DNA of 64,000 nt, taken from an uncultured Chitinophagaceae bacterium (GTDB taxonomy: Bacteria > Bacteroidota > Bacteroidia > Chitinophagales > CAIOSU01). This document shows positions 55,355-64,000 of this stretch, one piece after another. Numbering within the stretch: position 1 is the stretch's first letter; every line of letters begins with the position of its first letter. Under the pieces are notes generated by a model. That model was not told the origin of the DNA, made no database searches, and was given only the letters and a program-made list of their open reading frames with translations. The stretch lies in assembly GCA_964352775.1 (NCBI GenBank), contig CAYGTK010000001.1:14240-78239 (forward strand). The letters run 5' to 3'. A program made the position numbers and the translations under genes.

Positions 55355-56797
55355 ATGAAGCAAAAATTCCTTCCCAACCTTCTGTTCTTGCTATTCGTAA
55401 ATGTGCTGGTAAAGCCATTTTGGTTACTAGGGGTAGATAGAGAGGTGCAAAACACCGTTGGTGCTGAAGAATATGGCACCTATTTCGCCCTATTGAATTT
55501 TGCCTTTCTGTTTCAGATGCTGCTCGATTTCGGTATTGATAACTACAACAATCGCCATCTAGCCCAGCACGAAGATTTACTTAAGAACTACTTACCTAAC
55601 ATCCTATTACTCAAACTTGGCTTGGCCTTAAGCTATGTTGCGCTATTAGCAGGTGCTGCTTTAGTAATAGGTTATTCTAGCGAACAACTCTATTTGCTAA
55701 GTTGGCTAGGGTTGAACTTGGTACTCATTTCCTTTATCAAATACTTCCGCAGCAATATTTCAGCACTCCACTATTTTAAGATAGACAGCTTATTATCCGC
55801 TTTAGATAAAGTGTTGATGATAGCCGTCATCGGTTATTTATTGTGGTTTAGCGGTAGCGAGATAACTATTAAGCAATTTGTTATCGGACAAAGTGCCGCC
55901 TATGGCATTACCAGTTTGGTGGGCTTAATTGCATCTATGATATTATCGAAAGGACTTCAATTCAATTTCTCTTCTGATACCATAAAGGAAGTGGTAAAAG
56001 GCAGCTGGCCCTATGCCCTAGGTTTCTTTCTTATGTCGGTATTCAACAAGGTAGATGCTGTAATGATAGAACGCATGCTACCCAACGGTGCTGAAGAAGC
56101 AGGTGTTTATGCCTCCGCATACCGCCTGTTAGATGCTTTGAATATGGTCGGCTTTTTATTCGCAGGGCTTTTGCTTCCACTTTTTGCACGAATGTTAAAG
56201 CAGGGCGAAGCTGTTGGCCCATTGGTAGACCTTGCCTTTAAAACCATTTTCGCTATTGGGCTGATAATCTGTATCACCAGCACGTTCTTCCGAGTGCCAA
56301 TAATGGAAGTACTTTATGTAAGTACAAATGAGCATTCGGCTACCGTATTTGGCATCCTGATACTAAGCTTTTTGAGTGTAGGGTCGTGGTATGTATTCGG
56401 CACTTTATTATCCGCCAATAATAATCTGCGTCAGCTAAATATGCTCTTCGCCATCTGTATGGTCTTGAACGTGGTGCTGAATTACCTATTGATACCAAAG
56501 TACCAAAGCGTAGGCGCCGCTATCGCTACGCTACTTACGCAAACCATTGTGTTAGTGGCTGAAATAGTGATGAGCAAACGCTATCTAAAGGTCAATATCT
56601 CCTTATCTACCGCTGGTAGTTTGCTAGCTCTACTGATCTTTGTATTGCTGGGCAATCTATTTTTAAGCGATGTATTCAGCCTTTGGTATTGGAATTTTCT
56701 ATTCGTACTCACTATATCTTCCATTTTTGCGTTGATAGTCCGATCATTCGATGCTAGAGAGCTTCTAGCTTCCTTAAAACAGGGCAGAAGCGAGTAA
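55355..56797 (+). CDS. oligosaccharide flippase (Wzx/MOP superfamily) family protein
   Basis: 480 aa with about 12-14 TM helices, typical polysaccharide-biosynthesis-protein topology. Confidence 0.7.
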   Translation: MKQKFLPNLLFLLFVNVLVKPFWLLGVDREVQNTVGAEEYGTYFALLNFAFLFQMLLDFGIDNYNNRHLAQHEDLLKNYLPNILLLKLGLALSYVALLAGAALVIGYSSEQLYLLSWLGLNLVLISFIKYFRSNISALHYFKIDSLLSALDKVLMIAVIGYLLWFSGSEITIKQFVIGQSAAYGITSLVGLIASMILSKGLQFNFSSDTIKEVVKGSWPYALGFFLMSVFNKVDAVMIERMLPNGAEEAGVYASAYRLLDALNMVGFLFAGLLLPLFARMLKQGEAVGPLVDLAFKTIFAIGLIICITSTFFRVPIMEVLYVSTNEHSATVFGILILSFLSVGSWYVFGTLLSANNNLRQLNMLFAICMVLNVVLNYLLIPKYQSVGAAIATLLTQTIVLVAEIVMSKRYLKVNISLSTAGSLLALLIFVLLGNLFLSDVFSLWYWNFLFVLTISSIFALIVRSFDARELLASLKQGRSE

Positions 56798-56812
56798 AGA
56801 CGATCATTTCCT

Positions 56813-56820
56813 TAATTTTG
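56813..56820 (+). promoter_or_regulatory. -7 promoter box TAATTTTG
   Basis: Exact match 17 nt upstream of ATG 56838. Confidence 0.35.
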
Positions 56821-56837
56821 CAGAAATTTTTGTGTCC

Positions 56838-57806
56838 ATGGACAACTCCTACAACCTCGTGAACAGCCTCCGAATTCTACTAAAGTGGAAAGCGCCCATC
56901 ATTATACTCGTGACCATTGCTTCCATTGGAGCGGTGATAGTGTCGTACTTGATGCCTAACTACTACGAATCGAGCGCAAAGTTCTACCCTACTAACCCCA
57001 CCATTACCGATAGGCAAAACCTTTTCGCCAAAGATGGTAACGAGGGTTTTATTGATTACTTCGGTACTAAGAACGATGTGAATCGCTTGATGTCTATCGC
57101 TAACTCACCTGCAGTTACTGACTATATCATCCATAAGTACAAGTACAAGCAGATATATGATGTAGATACCACTAAGGCAGATTGGGCTTATTGGATGAAG
57201 AAGGAATTCTTAGAGAACTTCAAAGTATTGAAGACCGAATTTGGTGCAGTAATGATCATCTTTTCAGATACTGACCCTCAACGTGCGTCAGCTGTCACCA
57301 ACGAAATAGTGCAAAAAATAGATGAGCACAACCGCTGGGTTATTGTGAGCAACAAGCAGAAGATACTTAGCATATTTGAAGAACAGGTAGACACAAAACG
57401 TAAGGAGGTAACAGAAATAACAGATTCCCTTTCGACATTGATGGAGGTACACGGTATAGAGGTTATAGAAAGTAATAATGCCAACCAAGCTGCTATTGTA
57501 AAAGGGAGTGACCCTAGAATGATAGAAACGGTCAAAATTTTAAAGGCGCGTCAAGTAGCTTTGGTTACAGACCTTACAGACTATACCACTCTTCGCGATC
57601 AGTATGATGCTTCCGCAAAAGAGAATTTCTCTTCCATTTACATCATAGAGAAGGCTTACCCATCGGTTCGTAAATCGAAGCCTATTCGTTGGTTGATATG
57701 TGTGAGCACTTTCCTTATCGCACTTTTCCTATCTGTATTAGGCGCATTATTATTTGAAAAAGGAAAAGAGCTGAAAGCCGCTGTTGATGCTGAACCAGCT
57801 CGATAG
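56838..57806 (+). CDS. Wzz-like chain-length-determinant family protein
   Basis: N-terminal and C-terminal TM helices flank a coiled-coil-rich periplasmic region, between the flippase and Wzy-like genes. Confidence 0.5.
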   Translation: MDNSYNLVNSLRILLKWKAPIIILVTIASIGAVIVSYLMPNYYESSAKFYPTNPTITDRQNLFAKDGNEGFIDYFGTKNDVNRLMSIANSPAVTDYIIHKYKYKQIYDVDTTKADWAYWMKKEFLENFKVLKTEFGAVMIIFSDTDPQRASAVTNEIVQKIDEHNRWVIVSNKQKILSIFEEQVDTKRKEVTEITDSLSTLMEVHGIEVIESNNANQAAIVKGSDPRMIETVKILKARQVALVTDLTDYTTLRDQYDASAKENFSSIYIIEKAYPSVRKSKPIRWLICVSTFLIALFLSVLGALLFEKGKELKAAVDAEPAR

Positions 57807-59241
57807 ATTTTCTTTAGGCCTTTTTACGGGCTTCGGGCTACTCACCATTTTATGTTTGTGGGCAGGTTTCTATCTAGAACAGTACGTTTTAGTTACAGTG
57901 CCATTTGGTGTGCTTTTCGCATGGGTAGCACTCACCGATTTTAAGAAGATCTTTTACTTCCTATTGTTCTTACTACCTCTTTCTACTGAATTTGAAGTTG
58001 GTGGTGGTTTTTCAACCGACCTGCCTACAGAGCCTGTTATGGTGGCCCTCATGGCTATTTTTCTTCTTTTTATTGCTAGTAATCGCCACGTTATAGATAG
58101 GCAATTCCTCACGCACCCGTTAATGCTATTACTATATCTGCATTATGCTTGGATGATGTTTACGGCCATGCATGCGGTAGATGTTGTTATTTCTTTAAAA
58201 TTCCTGTTAGCAAAGTTCTGGTACATCATTGTGTTCGTTTTCACAGCGGCTATGTTGTTGACTAAGCAAGGGCACTTCCGAAAGTTCTTTTGGCTCATTT
58301 TTATTCCACTTCTGTTAGCATCCATCAAGATATTCATTCACCACTTGGTGGTTTACAATCTTTCCTTCGAGGATGTGAATGAGCCCATGGGACCTTTCTT
58401 CCGCAACCACGTGAACTATGCGGATATGATCACCGCCTTTTACCCCTTCCTATTCGTAGCTGCTACTTGGTATGAGAAAGGTTCATGGAAGAGGTGGTTA
58501 ATAAATGGCGCGAAGATCTATTTCGTAGTCGCCGTCTATTTCTCTTATACACGTGCTTGTTATTTGGCCTTGGCCCTTATTGCTGTGGCTTACTTTATTA
58601 TCAATTGGAAGATGCTGAGAGCCATGGTAGTGGTTGGCCTTGTAGGTGTTTTAAGTATGGTCGGATTCTTTATTTCCAATAATAACTTTGTTGAATTAGC
58701 ACCTGTATACGAAAAGACCATCCACTATAAAGAGTTTGGAGATCACCTTCAGGCTACCGTAAAAATGCAAGACCTAAGTAGTATGGAGCGAGTCTATCGT
58801 TGGGTAGCAGCGTTCTATATGGTGGCAGACAATCCTTGGGTGGGAGCAGGCCCTGGAAATTTTTACCCTACTTATAAGAAATACGCTATTTCAGATTTTG
58901 AAACCTACGTGAGTGATAACCCCGAACACAGCACCGTCCACAATTACTTCTTTTTAATGATGACCGAGCAAGGTTTTATTGGCTTGATAGTTTTTGTGCT
59001 ACTAACCCTTGGTATATTCTTTATTGCCGAATCGGTGTATCATCAAATGAGAGACGGTTGGCGAAAACAATGGATAATGGCATTTACGCTATCACTTATC
59101 ACGCTCTACCTGAACTTGATGCTAAATGACATGATAGAAGTGGATAAAACAGGAAGTTTCTACTTTATGGGCATTGCTTTTATCATCAGCCTATCAATAG
59201 CTGATAAACGAGAAAGAGCTTTAGAAGAAGCGACAGCTTAG
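57787..59241 (+). CDS. O-antigen ligase / polymerase (Wzy_C) family protein
   Basis: About 10-12 TM helices with a large loop, SYTRACYLAL, and HSTVHNYFFLMMTEQG (Wzy_C-like). Confidence 0.7.
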   Translation: MLNQLDRFSLGLFTGFGLLTILCLWAGFYLEQYVLVTVPFGVLFAWVALTDFKKIFYFLLFLLPLSTEFEVGGGFSTDLPTEPVMVALMAIFLLFIASNRHVIDRQFLTHPLMLLLYLHYAWMMFTAMHAVDVVISLKFLLAKFWYIIVFVFTAAMLLTKQGHFRKFFWLIFIPLLLASIKIFIHHLVVYNLSFEDVNEPMGPFFRNHVNYADMITAFYPFLFVAATWYEKGSWKRWLINGAKIYFVVAVYFSYTRACYLALALIAVAYFIINWKMLRAMVVVGLVGVLSMVGFFISNNNFVELAPVYEKTIHYKEFGDHLQATVKMQDLSSMERVYRWVAAFYMVADNPWVGAGPGNFYPTYKKYAISDFETYVSDNPEHSTVHNYFFLMMTEQGFIGLIVFVLLTLGIFFIAESVYHQMRDGWRKQWIMAFTLSLITLYLNLMLNDMIEVDKTGSFYFMGIAFIISLSIADKRERALEEATA

Positions 59242-60471
59242 TACTGTAATGTCATCAATGAATAGTCCGTTACCACGGTATTCGTTCACATGATCCATCA
59301 ACTTTGTAACCAAGTCTTCCATTGGTTCGTTACTATGGTTCTGCAAGAAACGTTCTACCCTGTCTAAGCTGTAGAACTCCCCTTTTTCATTCTCAAAATC
59401 GAGAAGTCCATCTGTATAATTGAATAGCATGGCATGCTTAGGAATATCTACTTCACCAGGATTAACGAAAGGTAATTCATCGAACATACCCAAAAGAGTA
59501 CAACCACTTTCTAACTCTACCATTTTACCATCAGCTATCAAAATAGATGGATTATGACCTGCATTTACATACCTAAGTTTACGTGTAGTATGGTTATATA
59601 TACCTAAGAAAATAGTAATGAACTTCTCCCCTTGGGTTATCTGTGCCACTCTGTGGTTCAACTCTTGGGTCAACTCATCTAAAGCTGTGAACTGATAAGC
59701 TAAGCTTCTCATGGTTGCTTGAAAGTTAGACATCAATAAAGCAGCAGCAACTCCTTTCCCAGAAATATCACCAATACAAAAAGCTGTCTCTTCGTCAGAT
59801 AATGGAAAGCAATCGTAATAATCACCACCAATGTCATTATGTGGTTGATATTCGGCAGCCATTTCAAGATGTTCATTATTCGGCAAGTCACTTGGTATGA
59901 GCATAGCTTGCACTTTAGCTGCTAAGGCCAATTCATTCTTCACTACCTCTTGCTGTACTTGCTTGGCAAAGAGTTTTTTATTCTCTACTGCTACTATCAC
60001 AATATTGGTAATGGTTTGAATGAACTTCAATTTCTCCTCTTGCGAGTCGTAATCATCAGTTTTTAAGTCCCCAATAAGTACATAGGCTAAAGCATGGTCT
60101 TTGTGATACACGGGAATAATAACATCAAAATCATTAAGTCCTGAATTCAATTGTTTTCCCTTAAGGGAAGTAATACTTCTGTAGTGTATCAAGTCAGCCT
60201 CAACATCTAAAAAGGGAGAGTCTTTTCCAATACCAGAATCACAAACACATTCCCAACCTTCATCTTTAATATAAACTTGTAGGCGCTGAATGCCCATTTG
60301 TGCTCTCAGGATGAATTCGTAGATCCGGAACAAGGCGGAGGTAGAGAAATTATTATTGATGGCTTGCGAAACCTCCAACAATGAATTGATCTGCAATTGC
60401 TTAACAGTAAGCAATCGCTCCATATATTCCGTTCTGTTATCAGCTAATTTATCGTCTGTGATCTCACGCAT
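59221..60471 (-). CDS. GAF domain-containing PP2C/SpoIIE family protein phosphatase
   Basis: SpoIIE motifs GGDYYD, GDISGKGVAAALLMS and NAGHNPS, preceded by a GAF-like region. ATG 60471 is preferred over the longer ORF. Confidence 0.8.
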   Translation of the reverse strand: MREITDDKLADNRTEYMERLLTVKQLQINSLLEVSQAINNNFSTSALFRIYEFILRAQMGIQRLQVYIKDEGWECVCDSGIGKDSPFLDVEADLIHYRSITSLKGKQLNSGLNDFDVIIPVYHKDHALAYVLIGDLKTDDYDSQEEKLKFIQTITNIVIVAVENKKLFAKQVQQEVVKNELALAAKVQAMLIPSDLPNNEHLEMAAEYQPHNDIGGDYYDCFPLSDEETAFCIGDISGKGVAAALLMSNFQATMRSLAYQFTALDELTQELNHRVAQITQGEKFITIFLGIYNHTTRKLRYVNAGHNPSILIADGKMVELESGCTLLGMFDELPFVNPGEVDIPKHAMLFNYTDGLLDFENEKGEFYSLDRVERFLQNHSNEPMEDLVTKLMDHVNEYRGNGLFIDDITVLSCRFF

Positions 60472-60517
60472 AGTGTTGTCGCTTAGCTTAAATATAGCAC
60501 AAATAGGTTGGGTAAGC

Positions 60518-61714
60518 TTAAAGGTCGGTGCGCACATCTAGCGCATCCCTAAAAGCATTTCCCACAAGGTTAAAGGCCATTACTAATATCATTATGGCCA
60601 CACCAGGCACCAATGCCATAAATGGCTTTCCGCTGATAATAAACCCATAATTCTCAGAAAGCATACTACCCCAAGATGGTGCTGGTGGTTGAACCCCGAT
60701 ACCAAGGTAACTTAATCCCGCCTCTACTAAAATAGCACTAGCAAAATTAGCTGCCGCAATTACAATAAGCGGCCCTGTAATATTAGGTATTACGTGTAGT
60801 ACAATAATGCGAAAGTTTGAATAGCCCAAGCTTTTTGCGGCCTCTACGAATTGTGATTCACGTAAACCCATTACTTGGCCACGTATTAATCGAGCTGCGT
60901 CTACCCACATGGATAGGCCTACGGCAATGAATATCTGCCAGAAGCCTTTCCCTAAAATAATAGTTAAAGCAAAGGCTAGAAGAAGGGTAGGAATAGCCCA
61001 GATAACATTGATGAACCACATAATGATGTCGTCCACAATTCCACGAAAATAACCTGCCATGGCACCGAGTATAACCCCAATGAATATGCTTATGATAACA
61101 GCAATAGCGCCTACCGATAAAGAGATCCTTACACCGATGAGGGTGCGGCTTAACATGTCGCGACCAAAATTATCTGTACCTAAAAGGAAGCTTCTACTAT
61201 CTATCTGATCTGGCAACAGGGCTTGCATTTCAGAAAGACTAGTGGTAACAATTGTTCCCGATGCAAGAGTTATAGTGGCCGCCTCACCATTCCACTCCAC
61301 TTCTTTTGAAGGGTCAAGCGCATAAAGCAGGTCTACTATATCTATTGCTTTTTCAACAGTTTTTCTCTTCTCTCCTTGATAAATAGAAGCCACTACTTGA
61401 TTTCCTTCTACTACATATCCCGTAATAGGTTTGAGCTCGTAAGGGTTTTCTCTACCAAAAAGCATGGTCATAAAAAACCCGTTCTGATCAACATTACGGT
61501 TCTTCTTCACCTTCAACATCTGTATCGTAAATCCAGGCGTATGGCTAGCCAGCTCTAATACTTGGTCGTTAGCATCGGGAGTTTGATCAGGTGTGATGCT
61601 ATAACCCAATATCGCTACTACTACCGCTAATATGATAACTATCAGGCCCAGTACTCCGGGCTTGTTGCGTTTAAAACGCTTTAGTGAACGACTAAATGGG
61701 GAATTGCTTGCCAA
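60518..61714 (-). CDS. ABC transporter permease (OppC/DppC family)
   Basis: BPD_transp_1 core with the EAA-like segment VEAAKSLGYSNFRIIVLHVIPN, and GTDNFGRDMLSR before it. TTG start. Confidence 0.8.
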   Translation of the reverse strand: MASNSPFSRSLKRFKRNKPGVLGLIVIILAVVVAILGYSITPDQTPDANDQVLELASHTPGFTIQMLKVKKNRNVDQNGFFMTMLFGRENPYELKPITGYVVEGNQVVASIYQGEKRKTVEKAIDIVDLLYALDPSKEVEWNGEAATITLASGTIVTTSLSEMQALLPDQIDSRSFLLGTDNFGRDMLSRTLIGVRISLSVGAIAVIISIFIGVILGAMAGYFRGIVDDIIMWFINVIWAIPTLLLAFALTIILGKGFWQIFIAVGLSMWVDAARLIRGQVMGLRESQFVEAAKSLGYSNFRIIVLHVIPNITGPLIVIAAANFASAILVEAGLSYLGIGVQPPAPSWGSMLSENYGFIISGKPFMALVPGVAIMILVMAFNLVGNAFRDALDVRTDL

Positions 61715-61731
61715 CTTATTTCAATAGCCTT

Positions 61732-61739
61732 CAAAAATA
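61732..61739 (-). promoter_or_regulatory. -7 promoter box (TATTTTTG on minus strand)
   Basis: CAAAAATA on the plus strand, 17 nt upstream of the minus-strand start at 61714. Confidence 0.35.
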
Positions 61740-61758
61740 CTATTCTAAACTCGAACGA

Positions 61759-62904
61759 TCAGGAATGCTGCCTACCTTTCCAATTATGTGCTAACAGAAA
61801 TGAGGCCGGCGCTATTACAACTACGTAAATGATATGGAGGAATTGCACAACGGGTAACCATATCAATAGCCCTCGTTGGCCACTGAACGTTGATGCTAAA
61901 CGCAACAGAGGTATCTCTATCCATAGCTTATTGACGAACAATAAGAAGAATAGTAGTAAGAACTTAAAATTGAACGACAGCCCAAGCACAAGTATTACTA
62001 GCAGCAATAAATTATATAAATAGGCCAGCACCAAAGTGCCCAATACTTTCCAATTGGTAAAACCTCTGCTTTTAGATACCCAGCGTAGTCGCTGATGCCA
62101 CAATTGAAGGAATGAATCTTCTGAACTAGTTTTTACAATAGCCAAAGGAGACTTGAGAAAACTAACCTTACCAGGATAAACCTTAGCTACTTTATGCATT
62201 AGCAATTGATCATCCCCCGTAGCCATTCCGTCTACACCTTCGTAGCCACCTACTTTACCAAAAACCATTCTCTCATAACACATATTCCCACCATTGCTCA
62301 TGCTTGGTGTGCCGCTACCTATACTTCCAGCTGTTACAGCCATCATACCTAGTACATCCAGCTCTTGCCACTTGCTTAGCATTCCATCTCCGCTTGCTAA
62401 TACAATTGGGCCTGTTATCAGCTTTGCTTGAGTTTGTTGATAGTAGCTTACTAGTGTTTCTAACCAAGTATTTGGCACTATGCAATCAGCATCCGTGGTA
62501 GCTATCAATTTGCTCTCGCTTCTAGCAATAACCCTTTCAATAGCTTTCTTTTTAGTAGCTATTGGTATGCGTTCCCCTTCTAAAAGTTCTTCTAAGCGAT
62601 AAACGGTTAAGCGGTCATCTATTATTCCACATGCTAGCTCAAAAGTTCGGTCTTCCGATCTATCGTCCACCAACACAATTTCGTAGTAGTTCTCTGGGTA
62701 GCTTTGGTTCAATAGGGCGTTCAGGCAATTTTCAATGTGTCCTTCTTCATTTCGGGCTACTACAATTACAGTTACTTTCAGTGGGCTTATCACTGGTCGG
62801 GGTTCAAATCGCTCTACTTTATTCCAGCCAGCGTAGTAGATCAATATCAGTATAGAATAGGCCAGTTGCAGCAGCAAACTCAGCAATAGAATTATGGCTA
62901 ACAT
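61759..62904 (-). CDS. membrane-integrated family 2 glycosyltransferase with processive-synthase signature
   Basis: VIVVARNEE, LVDDRSED, TDADC (DxD), TGDD and QRLRW (Q(Q/R)xRW), with N- and C-terminal TM helices. Confidence 0.75.
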   Translation of the reverse strand: MLAIILLLSLLLQLAYSILILIYYAGWNKVERFEPRPVISPLKVTVIVVARNEEGHIENCLNALLNQSYPENYYEIVLVDDRSEDRTFELACGIIDDRLTVYRLEELLEGERIPIATKKKAIERVIARSESKLIATTDADCIVPNTWLETLVSYYQQTQAKLITGPIVLASGDGMLSKWQELDVLGMMAVTAGSIGSGTPSMSNGGNMCYERMVFGKVGGYEGVDGMATGDDQLLMHKVAKVYPGKVSFLKSPLAIVKTSSEDSFLQLWHQRLRWVSKSRGFTNWKVLGTLVLAYLYNLLLLVILVLGLSFNFKFLLLFFLLFVNKLWIEIPLLRLASTFSGQRGLLIWLPVVQFLHIIYVVVIAPASFLLAHNWKGRQHS

Positions 62905-62990
62905 ATCACTCGTATTAAACCTTGCTGGCAGCTATCCGATTCTGTATCCAAATTTTCATAATGCTTTCTCATTTTCTGCTCGCAGAACCC

Positions 62991-62998
62991 TATTTTTG
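62991..62998 (+). promoter_or_regulatory. -7 promoter box TATTTTTG for carB
   Basis: Exact match 35 nt upstream of ATG 63034. Confidence 0.4.
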
Positions 62999-63033
62999 TG
63001 GCAACCTAATTAAGCACTTAACAAAGCCTTATT

Positions 63034-64000
63034 ATGCCCAAAGATAGTAGTATCCGTTCCATTTTGATCATCGGTAGCGGACCAATAATCATTGGTCAAG
63101 CATGTGAATTTGACTACTCTGGTTCACAAGCATCACGATCTTTAAGAGAAGAAGGGATTGAAGTCGTCTTGGTTAACTCTAATCCAGCGACCATTATGAC
63201 CGACCCAGTTACTGCTGACAAGGTCTATCTACTCCCATTAACTACCGATAGCTTTATAGAAATATTGGAGGAAAACCCTCAGATAGATGCCGTTCTACCA
63301 ACTATGGGCGGGCAAACCGCATTGAACCTTGCCATAGAGGCCGAACAATTAGGTATTTGGGAGAAATACAACGTTCGCATGATAGGTGTGGACACCAAGG
63401 CAATAGAGAAGACAGAAAATAGAGAGGAGTTCCGCCAGTTGATGATAGACATTGACATACCAGTAGCTACTTCACAAATAGCCAACTCTTACCTAGAAGG
63501 TAAAGAGATAGCGCAGCGAATAGGATTTCCGTTAGTTATTCGTCCATCGTTCACCCTTGGTGGCTATGGTGGTGGCTTTGTGAAAAACAAAGATGAGCTA
63601 GAAGAAAAATTAACCCGCGGACTAAATGCTTCACCAACGCACGAAGTGTTAGTAGAGCAAGCAGTATTAGGTTGGAAAGAATTCGAGCTGGAATTACTTC
63701 GCGATTCAAATGACAACATCGTTATCATTTGTACGGTAGAGAATTTTGACCCGATGGGTATTCACACAGGTGATTCTATAACCGTTGCCCCTGCAATGAC
63801 ACTTTCTGACAAGGCCTTCCAGACCATGCGGAACATGTCCATCAAAATGATGCGCTCGCTTGGGAATTTCGCTGGTGGTTGTAATGTCCAATTCTCTATT
63901 AACCCCGAGAATGAAGACATCATTGCCATTGAGGTGAACCCAAGGGTTTCACGCTCTTCGGCATTAGCATCAAAAGCAACGGGGTATCCTATTGCCAAAG
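63034..64000 (+). CDS. carB: carbamoyl-phosphate synthase large subunit, N-terminal part (continues past window end)
   Basis: My own translation from ATG 63034 gives [58 protein letters not shown]... and later [26 protein letters not shown]. The frame is open to base 64000 and is absent from the ORF track because it has no stop. Confidence 0.93.
   Translation, partial: MPKDSSIRSILIIGSGPIIIGQACEFDYSGSQASRSLREEGIEVVLVNSNPATIMTDPVTADKVYLLPLTTDSFIEILEENPQIDAVLPTMGGQTALNLAIEAEQLGIWEKYNVRMIGVDTKAIEKTENREEFRQLMIDIDIPVATSQIANSYLEGKEIAQRIGFPLVIRPSFTLGGYGGGFVKNKDELEEKLTRGLNASPTHEVLVEQAVLGWKEFELELLRDSNDNIVIICTVENFDPMGIHTGDSITVAPAMTLSDKAFQTMRNMSIKMMRSLGNFAGGCNVQFSINPENEDIIAIEVNPRVSRSSALASKATGYPIAK

Overview
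This window looks like a gene-dense chromosomal segment of a Bacteroidota genome. The evidence is a T9SS C-terminal sorting domain, many TAnnTTTG promoter boxes with no Shine-Dalgarno sequences, a DUF4290-murA pair, and a coaX-OMP-TPR-lptC cluster. I call about 55 protein genes, one tRNA-Phe(GAA) and several rho-independent terminators. I saw no rRNA, CRISPR array, transposase, integrase or prophage. Housekeeping genes include hflX, coaX, lptC, a PpiD-like PPIase, ctaA, recX, rlmN, murA, a UvrD/PcrA-type helicase and uvrA. The 5' part of carB (63034 to the window end) is absent from the ORF track because it has no stop codon in the window. Accessory content includes a TetR-TolC-MFP-RND efflux operon and a TonB-dependent receptor paired with a lipoprotein beside a two-component system. 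It also includes Wzx, Wzz-like and O-antigen-ligase-like genes, a QxxRW-type GT2, and a GAF-PP2C phosphatase. The most interesting points are as follows. (1) A 1007-aa T9SS cargo protein (37813..40836) is built from eight 333-bp tandem copies of a Cys-containing module I cannot assign, and it shows a 3-unit higher-order duplication. (2) An SDR, ACAD10/11-like ACAD, APH-like kinase and HADH operon (40943..44921) resembles the 4-hydroxyacyl-CoA phospho-elimination route. (3) A perfect 28-bp inverted repeat lies in the largest intergenic gap. (4) MurA has Asp at the fosfomycin-target Cys position. All functional calls rest on motif recognition by eye; no database search was run.
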